Positions 39,588-50,094 of a stretch of 64,000 nucleotides of DNA are shown here, piece after piece (the stretch's first letter is position 1; every line of letters begins with the position of its first letter). The stretch covers positions 256,001-320,000 of the forward strand of contig CAWEQH010000001.1 of the NCBI GenBank assembly GCA_963811165.1. The letters run 5' to 3'. Below the pieces are notes generated by a model. That model saw only the letters and a program-made list of their open reading frames with translations. It made no database searches and had not been told where the DNA came from. The position numbers and the translations under genes are program-made. Source of the stretch: an uncultured Nitrospiraceae bacterium. Its GTDB lineage: Bacteria > Nitrospirota > Thermodesulfovibrionia > Thermodesulfovibrionales > UBA6898.

Positions 39588-42023
39588 ATGTCTAAAGTAA
39601 GAATATACGAATTAGCGAAAAAGTTAAAAAAACACAATAAAGAAATCCTTGACGAGCTTTTGAATCTCGGCATAGAGGGCAAGACCCACTCATCGAGCAT
39701 AGAGGCCGACGTTGCGGAAAAAATAACTCAGGCCCTCACGGCTCCCATTCCCTCCAAGGCGGAGAAACCGCTTCAAAAAGTTCAAGTGAAGCAGCCTCAG
39801 GAGCCGATGCCTGAGACGCCGAAGCATCCTGTGAAGCCTCAACCGCAGAAGGAGGCGGCGGTCAAGGTCCCCGAAAGAAAGGCTGTTTCCGAGACCGCTA
39901 GGCCCCATCCTGTGTCTGCTAAAAAAAGACCGGACGAACTACGGGAGCCCGTGCAGAAAGAGCCGAAAAAGCCCGTTGCCGAACCCGAGGGAAAAGAGCC
40001 TTCTGTCCCTGAAGAAACGGCAGCCATCCCTCCTCTTCCGACTGGCGAGACAGAGGAAGACATAAAATTACCCGACAAGTTCAAGAAAGAAATGGAGGCC
40101 GAAAAGATAGAGAAGTTCAAGGCCAAGCCGGGTCTCCAGAGAGCCTTTCAAGCCATAAGGAAGATAGAGCCCAAGAGATGGGATATAAAGGGCGGTAAGC
40201 ATAAGGGCGATAGAGGGAGATATGGTCAGAGACAGGAGACCAAGGGACAGATTCTCTCCACGATGCCGAGGAAAAAGAACCTCAAACTCAGGGAAGGTAC
40301 AACGGTAAAAGAGTTTTCCGAGCTTATAGGGCTGAAATTTTCCGACGTCATCAAGAAGTTCATGGAACTCGGCTACATGCCTACAATCAACCAGCCCGTA
40401 GACTCCGATGCCGCGCTCCTTGTGGCGGAGAGCTTCGGGATCAAGCTGGAGCTCGCGTCGGTTGAGGAAGATACCCATGTAGAGGAAATTCAGGAGGACG
40501 TTACAAAGCTTATACTGCGTGCCCCCGTGGTGACCATTATGGGACATGTCGACCACGGCAAGACGTCACTGCTGGATGCGATCAGGGAAACGAAGGTTAC
40601 CGAGACCGAGGCCGGAGGGATAACCCAGCATATCGGCGCTTATAAAATCAATCTTAAGGGAAAGGACATTGTTTTCCTCGACACACCCGGACATGAGGCG
40701 TTCACGTCAATGAGAGCCAGGGGAGCCAAGGTTACGGACATAGTCGTCCTTGTAGTCGCTGCCGACGACGGAGTGATGCCGCAGACCGTAGAGGCAATAA
40801 ACCACGCAAAAGCTGCCAATGTACCTATCGTAGTGGCGGTGAACAAGATAGACAAGCCGGAGGCGAATCCCGCAAAAGTCAAGAGCGAGCTTTCCGAACA
40901 CGGCATTATCTCGGAGGAGTGGGGGGGGCATAACATCTTCGTGGAGGTCTCGGCAAAGAAGCGGATAGGGATTGAACATTTGCTCGAAATGATACTCCTT
41001 CAGGCCGAGATTATGGAACTCAAGGCAAATCCCGACAGGGAGGCAAAAGGCACGGTCATCGAGGCCAAGCTCGATAAGGGCAGAGGCCCCGTCGCTACTC
41101 TTCTTGTGCAGACGGGGACACTGAGAGGGGGAGAGGCGCTGCTGTCGGGAGTGCATGTCGGAAAGGTGAGGGCATTAATTGATGACTCCGGCAAGAGGAT
41201 CCAGGCCGCCGGGCCGTCGACGCCTGTTGAAGTGATAGGGTTTTCCGAAGTACCTTCCGCCGGAGATGTGTTTACCGTAGTGGAAGATGAAAAAAGGGCC
41301 CGCCAGATAGCGTTGGCAAGGTTCCAGAAGCAGAGGTCCCTCGAGATCGCAAAGGCAAAAAAATTGACACTCGACGAGCTCTACACAAAGATCAAAGAGG
41401 GCCAGATAAAGGAACTGAACATCATCATAAAAGGGGATGTTCAGGGGTCTGTTGAGGCACTCAAAGATGCCCTTGAAAATATCCATCATCCGGAAGTGAA
41501 AGTGAAGGTCATTCATACCTCGGTGGGCGGCATCAACGAGTCAGACGTAATGCTCGCTACCGCCTCAAACGCCATCATTATAGGCTTCAGCGTACGGCCT
41601 GAAACAAAGGCGTCGCAGACTGCCGAGAAAGAAGGGGTTGACATAAGGCTTTACAACGTGATTTACGAAGCGATTGAAGACGTTAAGAAGGCACTCGAAG
41701 GCATGCTTGAGCCCACGCTCAAAGAGAAGGTGCTTGGCCGGGCGGAAGTCAGGCAGCTATTCCCTGTATCGAGATTGGGAACGATCGCAGGCTGTTATGT
41801 CGTCGATGGATATATGTCGCGTGCGTGTGACGGTATCAGGGTGTTGAGGGACAATATAGTCGTATATGAGGGGAAGCTCAACACGCTCAAGAGATTTAAA
41901 GATGACGTAAAAGAGGTGCAATCCGGCTATGAATGCGGAATCCTCATAGAGAATTTCAACGATCTGAAAGTCGGGGACATCCTCGAAAATTATATCATCG
42001 AGAAAATAGCCGCGAAATTATAG
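39588..42023 (+). CDS. infB: Translation initiation factor IF-2
   Basis: [40 protein letters not shown]. Confidence 0.98.
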   Translation: MSKVRIYELAKKLKKHNKEILDELLNLGIEGKTHSSSIEADVAEKITQALTAPIPSKAEKPLQKVQVKQPQEPMPETPKHPVKPQPQKEAAVKVPERKAVSETARPHPVSAKKRPDELREPVQKEPKKPVAEPEGKEPSVPEETAAIPPLPTGETEEDIKLPDKFKKEMEAEKIEKFKAKPGLQRAFQAIRKIEPKRWDIKGGKHKGDRGRYGQRQETKGQILSTMPRKKNLKLREGTTVKEFSELIGLKFSDVIKKFMELGYMPTINQPVDSDAALLVAESFGIKLELASVEEDTHVEEIQEDVTKLILRAPVVTIMGHVDHGKTSLLDAIRETKVTETEAGGITQHIGAYKINLKGKDIVFLDTPGHEAFTSMRARGAKVTDIVVLVVAADDGVMPQTVEAINHAKAANVPIVVAVNKIDKPEANPAKVKSELSEHGIISEEWGGHNIFVEVSAKKRIGIEHLLEMILLQAEIMELKANPDREAKGTVIEAKLDKGRGPVATLLVQTGTLRGGEALLSGVHVGKVRALIDDSGKRIQAAGPSTPVEVIGFSEVPSAGDVFTVVEDEKRARQIALARFQKQRSLEIAKAKKLTLDELYTKIKEGQIKELNIIIKGDVQGSVEALKDALENIHHPEVKVKVIHTSVGGINESDVMLATASNAIIIGFSVRPETKASQTAEKEGVDIRLYNVIYEAIEDVKKALEGMLEPTLKEKVLGRAEVRQLFPVSRLGTIAGCYVVDGYMSRACDGIRVLRDNIVVYEGKLNTLKRFKDDVKEVQSGYECGILIENFNDLKVGDILENYIIEKIAAKL

Positions 42024-42137
42024 CGGCGCTTTTCCCGAGTTCCTACCCCTTTTCTGAAGGGGGATCTTATTCCCTGGCTGCAAAGGAGAAAATGATTCTT
42101 ATTGACGTGTTCAGGGACCAAATAGCTAAGGTGATAT

Positions 42138-42494
42138 ATGCTTCCCTATAAGCGTTCGGACAGGGTCGGCGACCTCATCAGAGAAGAAGTCGCAGATATC
42201 ATAATGTATAAACTGAAAGATCCCCGGATCGGGTTTGTAACAGTTACGGGCGTTGATCTCAGCCCTGATCTGAAGTCGGCGAAGGTATATGTGAGCATCC
42301 TTAAAGAGGAAGAAAGGGAACAGACGCTCGAAATCCTTAATTCCTCTAAGTATTTTATCCGGTCCGCTCTGACAAAGAGACTCAAGATGAAATTCATCCC
42401 ACACATTGAATTCAGACAGGATACCTCGATAGAATATGGATTCAAAATAGACAAGTTGCTGAAGGAAATCAAGAAAGACGATGAAGATACCTAG
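42138..42494 (+). CDS. rbfA: Ribosome-binding factor A
   Basis: R.DRV...I, KDPRIGFVTVTGV.LSPDL..AKVY, P.I.F..D.SIEYG. Confidence 0.95.
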   Translation: MLPYKRSDRVGDLIREEVADIIMYKLKDPRIGFVTVTGVDLSPDLKSAKVYVSILKEEEREQTLEILNSSKYFIRSALTKRLKMKFIPHIEFRQDTSIEYGFKIDKLLKEIKKDDEDT

Positions 42495-43431
42495 GAATAT
42501 CCTTGCGGCGCTTCGAAGAGAAGATACTTTTTTAATCGCTGCCCATATCGATCCCGATGGTGATGCGATAGGCTCGGCCCTGGCTCTTTCGTCCGCACTT
42601 GAGTCCATGGGGAAAAAGACATTCGTTTTCAGCAGGGATCCTGTTCCCAAATATTACGGGTTCCTCGCGGGACATGATAAGTTCTCATCGCGGGGAAAGG
42701 AAGTCATGAAAGAGGACCCCGTGCTCGTACTCGTCGACTGTAACAGCCCGGCGAGGGCGGCTGTCGAGGGGTATCATTTCAGAAAATCAATTGTAATCGA
42801 CCATCACGAGACCGAAAAGGACTTCGGGGAAGTACGATGGATCGATCACACGTCTGCGGCCACGGGAGTCATGATATTTTACCTGCTTAAGGCGCTCCGC
42901 GTTGCAATCACAAAGGAAATTGCCGTGCATCTGTATACTGCCATTTCCGTTGACACGGGGACTTTCAGATATAGTAATACCACTGCGGACGTTCTTCGCA
43001 TAAGTGCCGAGCTTGTTAAAGCGGGGGCCGACCCAGGTTCCATCGCCATAAACCTTTATGAGTCGTGGCACAATAATAGATTCAGGCTTTTGGTTATGGC
43101 ACTTAATACGCTTGAGGTAAGGAACAGGGTCGCCGTGATCCATATCACGCGAAGCATGTTCAAGAAAACGCACACACGGTCGGAAGACACGGAACATTTC
43201 TCCAACTTCCCGCGGATGATCGGATCGATCAAGATGGCGGTTCTCCTGAGAGAACTTGGCAGTGGGGAATGGAAGGCCAGTCTGAGATCCAGAGGTGAGG
43301 TGAACGTGGCCCGGCTTGCCGAGAAATTTGGCGGCGGCGGGCATGAAAACGCAGCAGGCTTTAAAATAAAGGCCGACCTGAGAACCGTAAAAGAGACCCT
43401 ATTCGGGGCGGCCCAGCGTTCCTTGAAGTAA
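42481..43431 (+). CDS. nrnA: DHH-family oligoribonuclease/PAP phosphatase
   Basis: HIDPDGDAIGS, VDC, IDHH, DTGTFRY, SLRS, GGGGHENAAG. Confidence 0.9.
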   Translation: MKIPRNILAALRREDTFLIAAHIDPDGDAIGSALALSSALESMGKKTFVFSRDPVPKYYGFLAGHDKFSSRGKEVMKEDPVLVLVDCNSPARAAVEGYHFRKSIVIDHHETEKDFGEVRWIDHTSAATGVMIFYLLKALRVAITKEIAVHLYTAISVDTGTFRYSNTTADVLRISAELVKAGADPGSIAINLYESWHNNRFRLLVMALNTLEVRNRVAVIHITRSMFKKTHTRSEDTEHFSNFPRMIGSIKMAVLLRELGSGEWKASLRSRGEVNVARLAEKFGGGGHENAAGFKIKADLRTVKETLFGAAQRSLK

Positions 43432-43467
43432 GGGCCCGCCGGTCATTTATCACGTTGCAACAAAACT

Positions 43468-44355
43468 GTGATGGATCTGATAATTAATCTCAATAAATCC
43501 CCGGGCATCACTTCGCATCAGGCAGTGGCTGAAGTCAAGCGTCTGCTTGGCGTCAAGAAGGCCGGCCATACGGGCACCCTTGATCCCATGGCCACGGGAG
43601 TACTTCTAGTATGTCTTAACGAAGCGACGAAAGTGAGCAGATTCCTTCTTGATATGGACAAGCAATACCGTGCAAGGGTGAAACTCGGGGAGAGGACCGA
43701 TACGTACGATTCTCAGGGAAGGGTTATCGAACAAAAGGACGCTTCTGCCCTTACGGAAGAGGATGTTGTCAGGGCCGTCAAGATGTTTGAAGGGAGCGTG
43801 ACCCAAAAACCGCCAATGTATTCAGCCGTAAAGGTGCAGGGGAAAAAACTTTATGAGCTGGCCAGAAAGGGCATCCAAATTGAGCGTCAGGGGCGGCAAG
43901 TACGTATCTATAACCTTCAGGTCTCGGGCTTTGATCTGCCCTATTTCGATCTGGCTATATCTTGTTCAAAGGGCACTTATGTCCGAACTCTCTGCGATGA
44001 TATCGGGGTGGTCCTTGGCACAGGGGCCCATCTTTTTTCCCTCGAAAGATCAGCGATAGGATCTTTTGACATAAAAAATTCCGCAAGAAAGGAAGAATTG
44101 GGCGGAGACGATTTTTTCGAGATCAAAAAAAAGTCAGTCTGCTCTATTGATGAGGCCCTTTCAGGATTAAAAGAAATAGTGGTCGGTGAGGCTGATTATC
44201 GAGGCGCAATGAGTGGTGTCCCGATAAAAACCAATATAATCAAAGAGTTATCAGATTACAACTTCGTGAAATTGAAAGGCCCTCGCGGAGAATTATTTGG
44301 AATAGGTCGAATAGATTCCGACCTCGTCCGGATCGAAAGAATCCTAAATATCTAG
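43468..44355 (+). CDS. truB: tRNA pseudouridine(55) synthase
   Basis: KAGHTGTLDPMATG, QKPPMYSAVK, CSKGTYVRTL. Confidence 0.96.
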   Translation: MMDLIINLNKSPGITSHQAVAEVKRLLGVKKAGHTGTLDPMATGVLLVCLNEATKVSRFLLDMDKQYRARVKLGERTDTYDSQGRVIEQKDASALTEEDVVRAVKMFEGSVTQKPPMYSAVKVQGKKLYELARKGIQIERQGRQVRIYNLQVSGFDLPYFDLAISCSKGTYVRTLCDDIGVVLGTGAHLFSLERSAIGSFDIKNSARKEELGGDDFFEIKKKSVCSIDEALSGLKEIVVGEADYRGAMSGVPIKTNIIKELSDYNFVKLKGPRGELFGIGRIDSDLVRIERILNI

Positions 44356-44474
44356 CCTAACAAGACTCAATTGTTAAACTAATTTCTAAAAGTCAGGATT
44401 GAACTATTTGATATCACAGCAATATTTTTTAAAAAAACCTTGACAATATATTTTTTTTCTGGTATTCATATCCT

Positions 44475-45527
44475 ATGCTTTTCAAAGGGAAGGGTTCGAT
44501 CGGACTAGATCTTGGTTCGAGCTATATCAAGACGATAAAGCTCAAGGAATCGAAAGGGAGCTATGAACTGGAGCTCTTCGATCTCTACCCCCTTCCCCCG
44601 GAGCTAATAGTAGACGGCTCCATCATCGATTCTATCAGGCTCGTAGATTCCATCAAGGACATGGTCAGAAAGGCCGAAATAAAAACAAAAGATGCGGTCA
44701 TATCTATTTCCGGGCATTCTTCCGTTATCATCAAGAGAATTTCCCTTCCTGAAATGTCTGAAGAAGACCTTTCCGAATCGATAAAGTTCGAGGCGGAGCA
44801 ATATGTCCCTTTCGATATAGAGGACGTGAATCTCGATTTCCAGATCATCGGGCCGAAAGAAGAGCCGGGACAGATGGACGTGATTCTCGTGGCCGTCAAG
44901 AAAGATATTATCAACGAATATGTTTCAGTGATAAAAGAAGCAGGACTCAATCCGATCGTAGTGGATATTGACGCCTTTGCCCTTGAAAATATGTACGGCG
45001 TCAACTACGAGATCGAACCTGGAAAAAATGTTGCCTTGCTCAATATCGGAGCCAGTACGATCAATATGAGCATCCTCAAAGGTGGCATCTCGGTCTTCAC
45101 GAGAGATAGTTCCCTTGGAAGCAACCTGCATACCGAAGCCCTCCAGAGGGAATATAACATCACTTATGAAAATGCCGAAAAACTGAAGAGGGGCGAGCCG
45201 ATCGAGAATGTTTCCCCCGAAGATGCCGCCTCTGTCATAGAATCAGCGTCCGAGGAGATTCTCAGCGAGATCATCAGGTCCTTTGACTACTACAGAAGTA
45301 CCACGATGCATGAAGATATCTCCGAGGTGATATTCAGCGGAGGGTGTGCCCTCCTGGGTAATTTTGCCTCTATGATTTCAGAGAAGACCGGCATTGAGAC
45401 GAGGGTCGCCGAGCCTTTTCGGAACATCAAGATACCTAAGAAATTCGAGGGGACCAACATTCAGGAGATCGCCCCTATCATGGCCATTGCAGTCGGGCTG
45501 GCCCTAAGAAGGCTGGGTGACAGATGA
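44475..45527 (+). CDS. pilM: Type IV pilus assembly protein PilM
   Basis: GLDLGSSYIK, EAEQYVPF, VDIDAFAL, LNIGAS, SGGCA, AVGLALR. Confidence 0.95.
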   Translation: MLFKGKGSIGLDLGSSYIKTIKLKESKGSYELELFDLYPLPPELIVDGSIIDSIRLVDSIKDMVRKAEIKTKDAVISISGHSSVIIKRISLPEMSEEDLSESIKFEAEQYVPFDIEDVNLDFQIIGPKEEPGQMDVILVAVKKDIINEYVSVIKEAGLNPIVVDIDAFALENMYGVNYEIEPGKNVALLNIGASTINMSILKGGISVFTRDSSLGSNLHTEALQREYNITYENAEKLKRGEPIENVSPEDAASVIESASEEILSEIIRSFDYYRSTTMHEDISEVIFSGGCALLGNFASMISEKTGIETRVAEPFRNIKIPKKFEGTNIQEIAPIMAIAVGLALRRLGDR

Positions 45528-46063
45528 TAAAAGTCAATCTCCTGTCCGTTAAAAAGAAAAAGAAGGCAAAGCCGTTACCCACTTTTCTCGTCGTTACAAT
45601 CGGTATTTCGCTGGCGATGGTAGCGGTTGTGATCTACCTGAATTTCTCATTTCAGGGGCGTATCAGCGAAAGAAAGGCCACAGTGGCTGACAATGGGAAA
45701 AAGCTTGCGGAGCTTTCAAAAAAAATTAAGGCAGTTGATGACTACGAAAAGCTCAATGCCGATTATAAGAACCGTAAAGGGATCATTGAGGAACTCGGCA
45801 AAAACAAGACCCTGCCGGTCAAGCTGCTTGACGAGATAAGCAGGCTTTTGTCCGATGGGGTATGGCTTACTTCGCTGGAGATAAGGGGCAACGATATAAC
45901 ATTGGCGTGTACGGGGTTCAATAATACCGACGTGGTCAACTTTGTAAGCAGTTTGAAAGGATCTACCCTGTTGACAGACGTGTATCTGCAGGAGTCTGTC
46001 CAGGCCAGCGCGGAGGGTTTTTCCACATATAACTTCAGAATCAGCTGCAAGGTGAAATCCTGA
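45524..46063 (+). CDS. pilN: Type IV pilus assembly protein PilN
   Basis: MIKVNLL motif, TM, coiled coil, GVWLTSL. Confidence 0.92.
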   Translation: MIKVNLLSVKKKKKAKPLPTFLVVTIGISLAMVAVVIYLNFSFQGRISERKATVADNGKKLAELSKKIKAVDDYEKLNADYKNRKGIIEELGKNKTLPVKLLDEISRLLSDGVWLTSLEIRGNDITLACTGFNNTDVVNFVSSLKGSTLLTDVYLQESVQASAEGFSTYNFRISCKVKS

Positions 46064-46671
46064 TGGCAGTGAAACTGGACATTAAGAATCTACCGGTTTA
46101 CGCAAAGGTTGTTGTTGCCGTTCTTCCTGCTGTGATCATTCTAATCGTTGGACTGATCCTTTTTGTGTCGCCGAAGCAAAAAGAGATCAGGAAACTCGAG
46201 GCTCAGATCGATGATCAGAACAACAAAATTGCGACGGACCAGGCCAAGGCGGCAAGACTCGAAACCCTGAAGCAGGAAAACCAAAAATTGCTTGGGAGGC
46301 TGAACGAATTAAAAGAGCAACTGCCTGAAGAAAAGGAGATTTCCAGCCTACTGAAACAGATCTCCGACCTTTCGATCGCAGCGGGCCTCGAAATAAAGTC
46401 CTGGAAGCCGGGTGCGAAGAAGATGCACCCCAGCGGCATTATAAATCAAATTCCGGTTGACGTGACTGTGAGCGGAACATATCACGATTTCGCCGGATTC
46501 CTGAGCAGCCTGACGAAACTGAACAGGATCGTCAATATTACAAATATAAGGATGTCCTCTCCGCAGATTGTGAAAGGAAAAGCCGTTCTCCAGATTAGCT
46601 TCGTGGCTACCACCTTTTCATCGGTATCTGAGGAAGAGAAGGCGGCAAATAAGGGGGCCAAGAAGAAATAA
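46063..46671 (+). CDS. pilO: Type IV pilus assembly protein PilO
   Basis: LPEEKEISSLL, GTYHDFAGF..L.RIVNI. Confidence 0.92.
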   Translation: MAVKLDIKNLPVYAKVVVAVLPAVIILIVGLILFVSPKQKEIRKLEAQIDDQNNKIATDQAKAARLETLKQENQKLLGRLNELKEQLPEEKEISSLLKQISDLSIAAGLEIKSWKPGAKKMHPSGIINQIPVDVTVSGTYHDFAGFLSSLTKLNRIVNITNIRMSSPQIVKGKAVLQISFVATTFSSVSEEEKAANKGAKKK

Positions 46672-47199
46672 ATGAAAAAAATGCCCTTTATTGTAAAGAG
46701 CTCACTCGCATTTTTTATTGGGATATCATTAATTGCCCTGACGGGATGCAAGGGCAAGGCGTCTTCTCCCAAACCGGCTGCTGGAAAAACCAAGCCGGCT
46801 GTTTCTGCTCCTCCTTCGGCAACGAAAGAGGAACCGAAGGCGGAAAAAGAGGTGTATGCCTATGAGCAGAAAGGGAGGAGGGACCCTTTCATGTCGCTTG
46901 TCCGGATCAGCAAAGAAAAACCCAAAAGGCTGTCCGGGGGAAGGCCTGTAGAGAACTTCGATGTCGACGAAATAAAACTGGTTGCTATTTTGTGGGACAG
47001 CAAACAATATTATGCCCTCATAACGCTCCCTGACAATAAATCCTACACGATCAGAAAAGGGATGAAACTCGGGCTTTATGGCGGAAAAGTTGAGGATATT
47101 ACAAAGGACAGGGTCCTTATTCGGGAGCACGTAAAGGACTACCGGGGGCAGCCCAAGACGAAAGATACAATATTGAAACTCCGCAAGGAGGGGGAATAA
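46672..47199 (+). CDS. pilP: Type IV pilus lipoprotein PilP
   Basis: Lipobox LTGC, GRRDPF, E.F....KLVAI, G..LG...GKV..I. Confidence 0.9.
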   Translation: MKKMPFIVKSSLAFFIGISLIALTGCKGKASSPKPAAGKTKPAVSAPPSATKEEPKAEKEVYAYEQKGRRDPFMSLVRISKEKPKRLSGGRPVENFDVDEIKLVAILWDSKQYYALITLPDNKSYTIRKGMKLGLYGGKVEDITKDRVLIREHVKDYRGQPKTKDTILKLRKEGE

Positions 47200-49433
47200 T
47201 GAAAAAAAATCTGATATCACAATTTTTCTTGTCATTTATTTTATTGACATTGCTCATCGGCTGTGCGACGCAGGCGAGGACCAAAGAGACGTCCGAGACC
47301 GATGAGCTCCCGGTCCTTGCCGATATCAAGCAGCAGGAAAACGGCATCTCCTTCGTAGGCAGCAAGAATTTCATTTATACGCTTTATGCGGGAAACGATC
47401 CTTACAAGGTTACCATTGACATCCCGGAGATGCGTCTGGGCAATTTTAAGGACAAGATCGTATGGGACAAGGCAGGTATTTCGGAGGTCTTTCCCCAGCA
47501 GCTTGATACTGCGAAGCCGTCGATAAGGATAAATATAACCCTGCAGAGCCCTTCTGCGGTCGTTCCACTTTATAAAGACAATACGCTGACCCTTTTGACT
47601 AAACCTGAGGAACCTGTTACCCTTACGCAGGACAAGACGGAAGAAAAAGTAGAGTCGAAGGAAAAGACAGACGCTGTCCCTGATGTTCGTCCCGCAGACC
47701 CTTCGGCAGAATACCCCCCCACCGAAGCGGTGACACCCGTGGGAAAAGAAGCTGAAACCGCTGAAAAAGAATCTGCTGACGCCGATGCTGCTGCGCCGTC
47801 TAAGGCGACGGCGGTCAACCGCATAGAGCTCAGAAAATCCGCCGGGGCACTGAAGGTACTGATAATCGGCGACGGGGCAATGAAGCCCAATGTCTTTCCC
47901 ATTGATGAAAAAATAGTGATAGACATCCCCAATGTTTCAATGCTTGCTTCACTTCCTTCAAGTGTGGTATCGCCTCTGAAGGGGATAAGGGCCGGGAAAC
48001 ACAGGGACAAGGTGAGACTGGTGCTTGACCTCAAAGAAAAAACTGCCTTCGATGTCGCTGCAACTGGAAATACTATAGAAGTTCTTCTAAAGACCAAGGA
48101 GCCGCCCGTTGCCCAGTCTGCGACTATAGCTGTCCGGAAAGAGCCGGTCACGAATGAACCTTCTTCCAAAGAGTTGGCCAAAAAAGAGGCGCCGCCGTCT
48201 GCCGGGCAGGAGACTAAGGCAGAAGGCAGGTATAAAGGGAAAAGGATCTCACTTGATTTTCAGGATGCAGAGGTGGGCCCTATCTTCAGGCTGCTTGCCG
48301 ATGTGAATGATTACAATTTGGTCCTGGACCCATCGGTGAAGGGGAAGGTCACGATCAAGCTTATGAATGTCCCCTGGGACCAGGCGCTCGATATCATTCT
48401 CAATCAGACGCATCTCAGCCATCGCGTGGAAGGCAACATATTGTGGATCGCTCCAGTAAGCGTCTTTGACCAGATTGCTAATGAAAGGGCGAAGTCGAAG
48501 GAGACGGAAGAGAAGGCCGAGGACCTTGTACAGGAGATAATAAGGGTCAATTACGCATTGGCCACGGATGTCCAGACTGCCATTAACAATGGGAAACTGC
48601 TTAGCGCACGCGGCACTATCACCCCGGACAACCGGATGAATGCCCTTATCATCAAAGATACACAAAAGAGCATTGACAAGGTAAAAGAACTTGTGAAGAT
48701 AATGGACCTTGCTAAGCCGCAGGTAATGATAGAGGCCAAACTCGTCGAGGTGGGCACGACATACAGTGAATCGCTCGGGATAAGGTGGGGAGGTTCTTTC
48801 ACCTCGCAGACTTTCCCCAATAACGTAGGAGGCGCTTTCTCTGTCAATACCCCCACGGCGGCCGCGGGGCCTGCAACGACGAACGCCGGAGGCGCCATGA
48901 ACTTGACCATTGGACATGCAAACAGCATGAGCGTCAACTTGTCGCTTTCCGCGCTTGAATCCATCGGCAGGTCCAAGACCTTGTCGAACCCGAAGATCCT
49001 GACAATGGACAACGAGGCCGCAACCATCCAGCAGGGTACTACATTTTTCATCCCTACGGTGAGTCAGGCAGGCACCCAGACCCAGTCTCAGACAGCAACG
49101 CTGAGTCTTACGGTTACCCCCAAGATCACCCCTGACGGTTTTATCCAGCTGAAGGTCAATGCGACCGACAATAGCCTTCAGCCCGGGACGTCCGGGGCAA
49201 CAGCTGTCGTAAACACAAAGAGCCTGACGACCCAGGCGCTTGTAAAAAATGGTGAGACCCTTGTATTAGGGGGTATTTACCGGTTGGACGATGCGGAGAC
49301 TAGTGACGCGGTCCCTCTCCTAAGTAAGATACCGGGTCTCGGCTGGCTCTTTAAGACCAAGGACCGCATAGGGCCCAATATTAAAGAGCTCCTCATTTTT
49401 ATTACGCCGACGATAATAAGCCAACCGCTATGA
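47199..49433 (+). CDS. pilQ: Type IV pilus secretin PilQ (AMIN-like domains, lipobox)
   Basis: LLIGC, YKGKRISLDFQDA, VPWDQALD, QVMIEAKLVE, LVKNGETLVLGG, VPLLSKIPGLGWLFK, ELLIFITP. Confidence 0.96.
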   Translation: MKKNLISQFFLSFILLTLLIGCATQARTKETSETDELPVLADIKQQENGISFVGSKNFIYTLYAGNDPYKVTIDIPEMRLGNFKDKIVWDKAGISEVFPQQLDTAKPSIRINITLQSPSAVVPLYKDNTLTLLTKPEEPVTLTQDKTEEKVESKEKTDAVPDVRPADPSAEYPPTEAVTPVGKEAETAEKESADADAAAPSKATAVNRIELRKSAGALKVLIIGDGAMKPNVFPIDEKIVIDIPNVSMLASLPSSVVSPLKGIRAGKHRDKVRLVLDLKEKTAFDVAATGNTIEVLLKTKEPPVAQSATIAVRKEPVTNEPSSKELAKKEAPPSAGQETKAEGRYKGKRISLDFQDAEVGPIFRLLADVNDYNLVLDPSVKGKVTIKLMNVPWDQALDIILNQTHLSHRVEGNILWIAPVSVFDQIANERAKSKETEEKAEDLVQEIIRVNYALATDVQTAINNGKLLSARGTITPDNRMNALIIKDTQKSIDKVKELVKIMDLAKPQVMIEAKLVEVGTTYSESLGIRWGGSFTSQTFPNNVGGAFSVNTPTAAAGPATTNAGGAMNLTIGHANSMSVNLSLSALESIGRSKTLSNPKILTMDNEAATIQQGTTFFIPTVSQAGTQTQSQTATLSLTVTPKITPDGFIQLKVNATDNSLQPGTSGATAVVNTKSLTTQALVKNGETLVLGGIYRLDDAETSDAVPLLSKIPGLGWLFKTKDRIGPNIKELLIFITPTIISQPL

Positions 49434-49490
49434 GCGGGGGTCAAGAACGTGAGAAAATTTTTTATGAGGAATGGAGTTCAAGGAGGTACG

Positions 49491-50083
49491 ATGAGGAAAA
49501 TATATATTATTGTTGGCATGCTTTTGTACGTGCTTGTTCTCGCAGGATGCGGGGGAGGAGGGGTGGGCGCCCCCGGCTCCGGCGGGAATGCAGATACAGG
49601 TATAGTTATACAATCCGCGACTCTGACTGTTACGAGCCCCGATATCGATACATCACATACATGCGTGTACGGCTACGACATTCGAAACGGCACTTACCAG
49701 GACCGATGCAACACTGAATGTCACTGCAGCGCCGCTTGTCCCTGGCGCGACTGATGATCCTTTCAACGGGGCCAGCATTCAGGAATGCACTATTACCTAC
49801 CTGAAGGCCAACGAGGACCCTGCGGCCCCTATAATAGAGGCAACGACTATTTATCCGAATTGCCCGATGGTCAACGGAGCGAGTAGCTTGCGGTGTCACT
49901 CTCATGGACATAGAGAGAAAGCTTAGATGGTGGAATGATTTATCAGGAGCGGCGTTTTTCCCATCGGAATATCCGACACATTATGTGGCGGTCTTTACCT
50001 GTAAATTTATGAATTCCTTCGGCGAGGCAGGTTCTTTCCAGTCTGAACTGGATATTTGGCTGGCCGATTTCGATAGGTGTTAG
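49491..50083 (+). CDS. Hypothetical lipoprotein (~197 aa, beta-rich); two apparent frameshifts at ~49665 and ~49888
   Basis: AGGAGG RBS, lipobox VLAGC-GGGG; joined frames continue TATTFETALTRTDATLNVTA..ECTITYLKA..PNCP..|CGVTLMDIERK..YVAVFTCKFMNSFGE..DIWLADFDRC*. Confidence 0.65.
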
Positions 50084-50094
50084 CAGGAGGCGAA

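Noticed and set aside
39730..40070. Pro/Lys/Glu-rich repeats in the IF-2 N-terminal region
   Set aside because: Ordinary low-complexity IF-2 linker.
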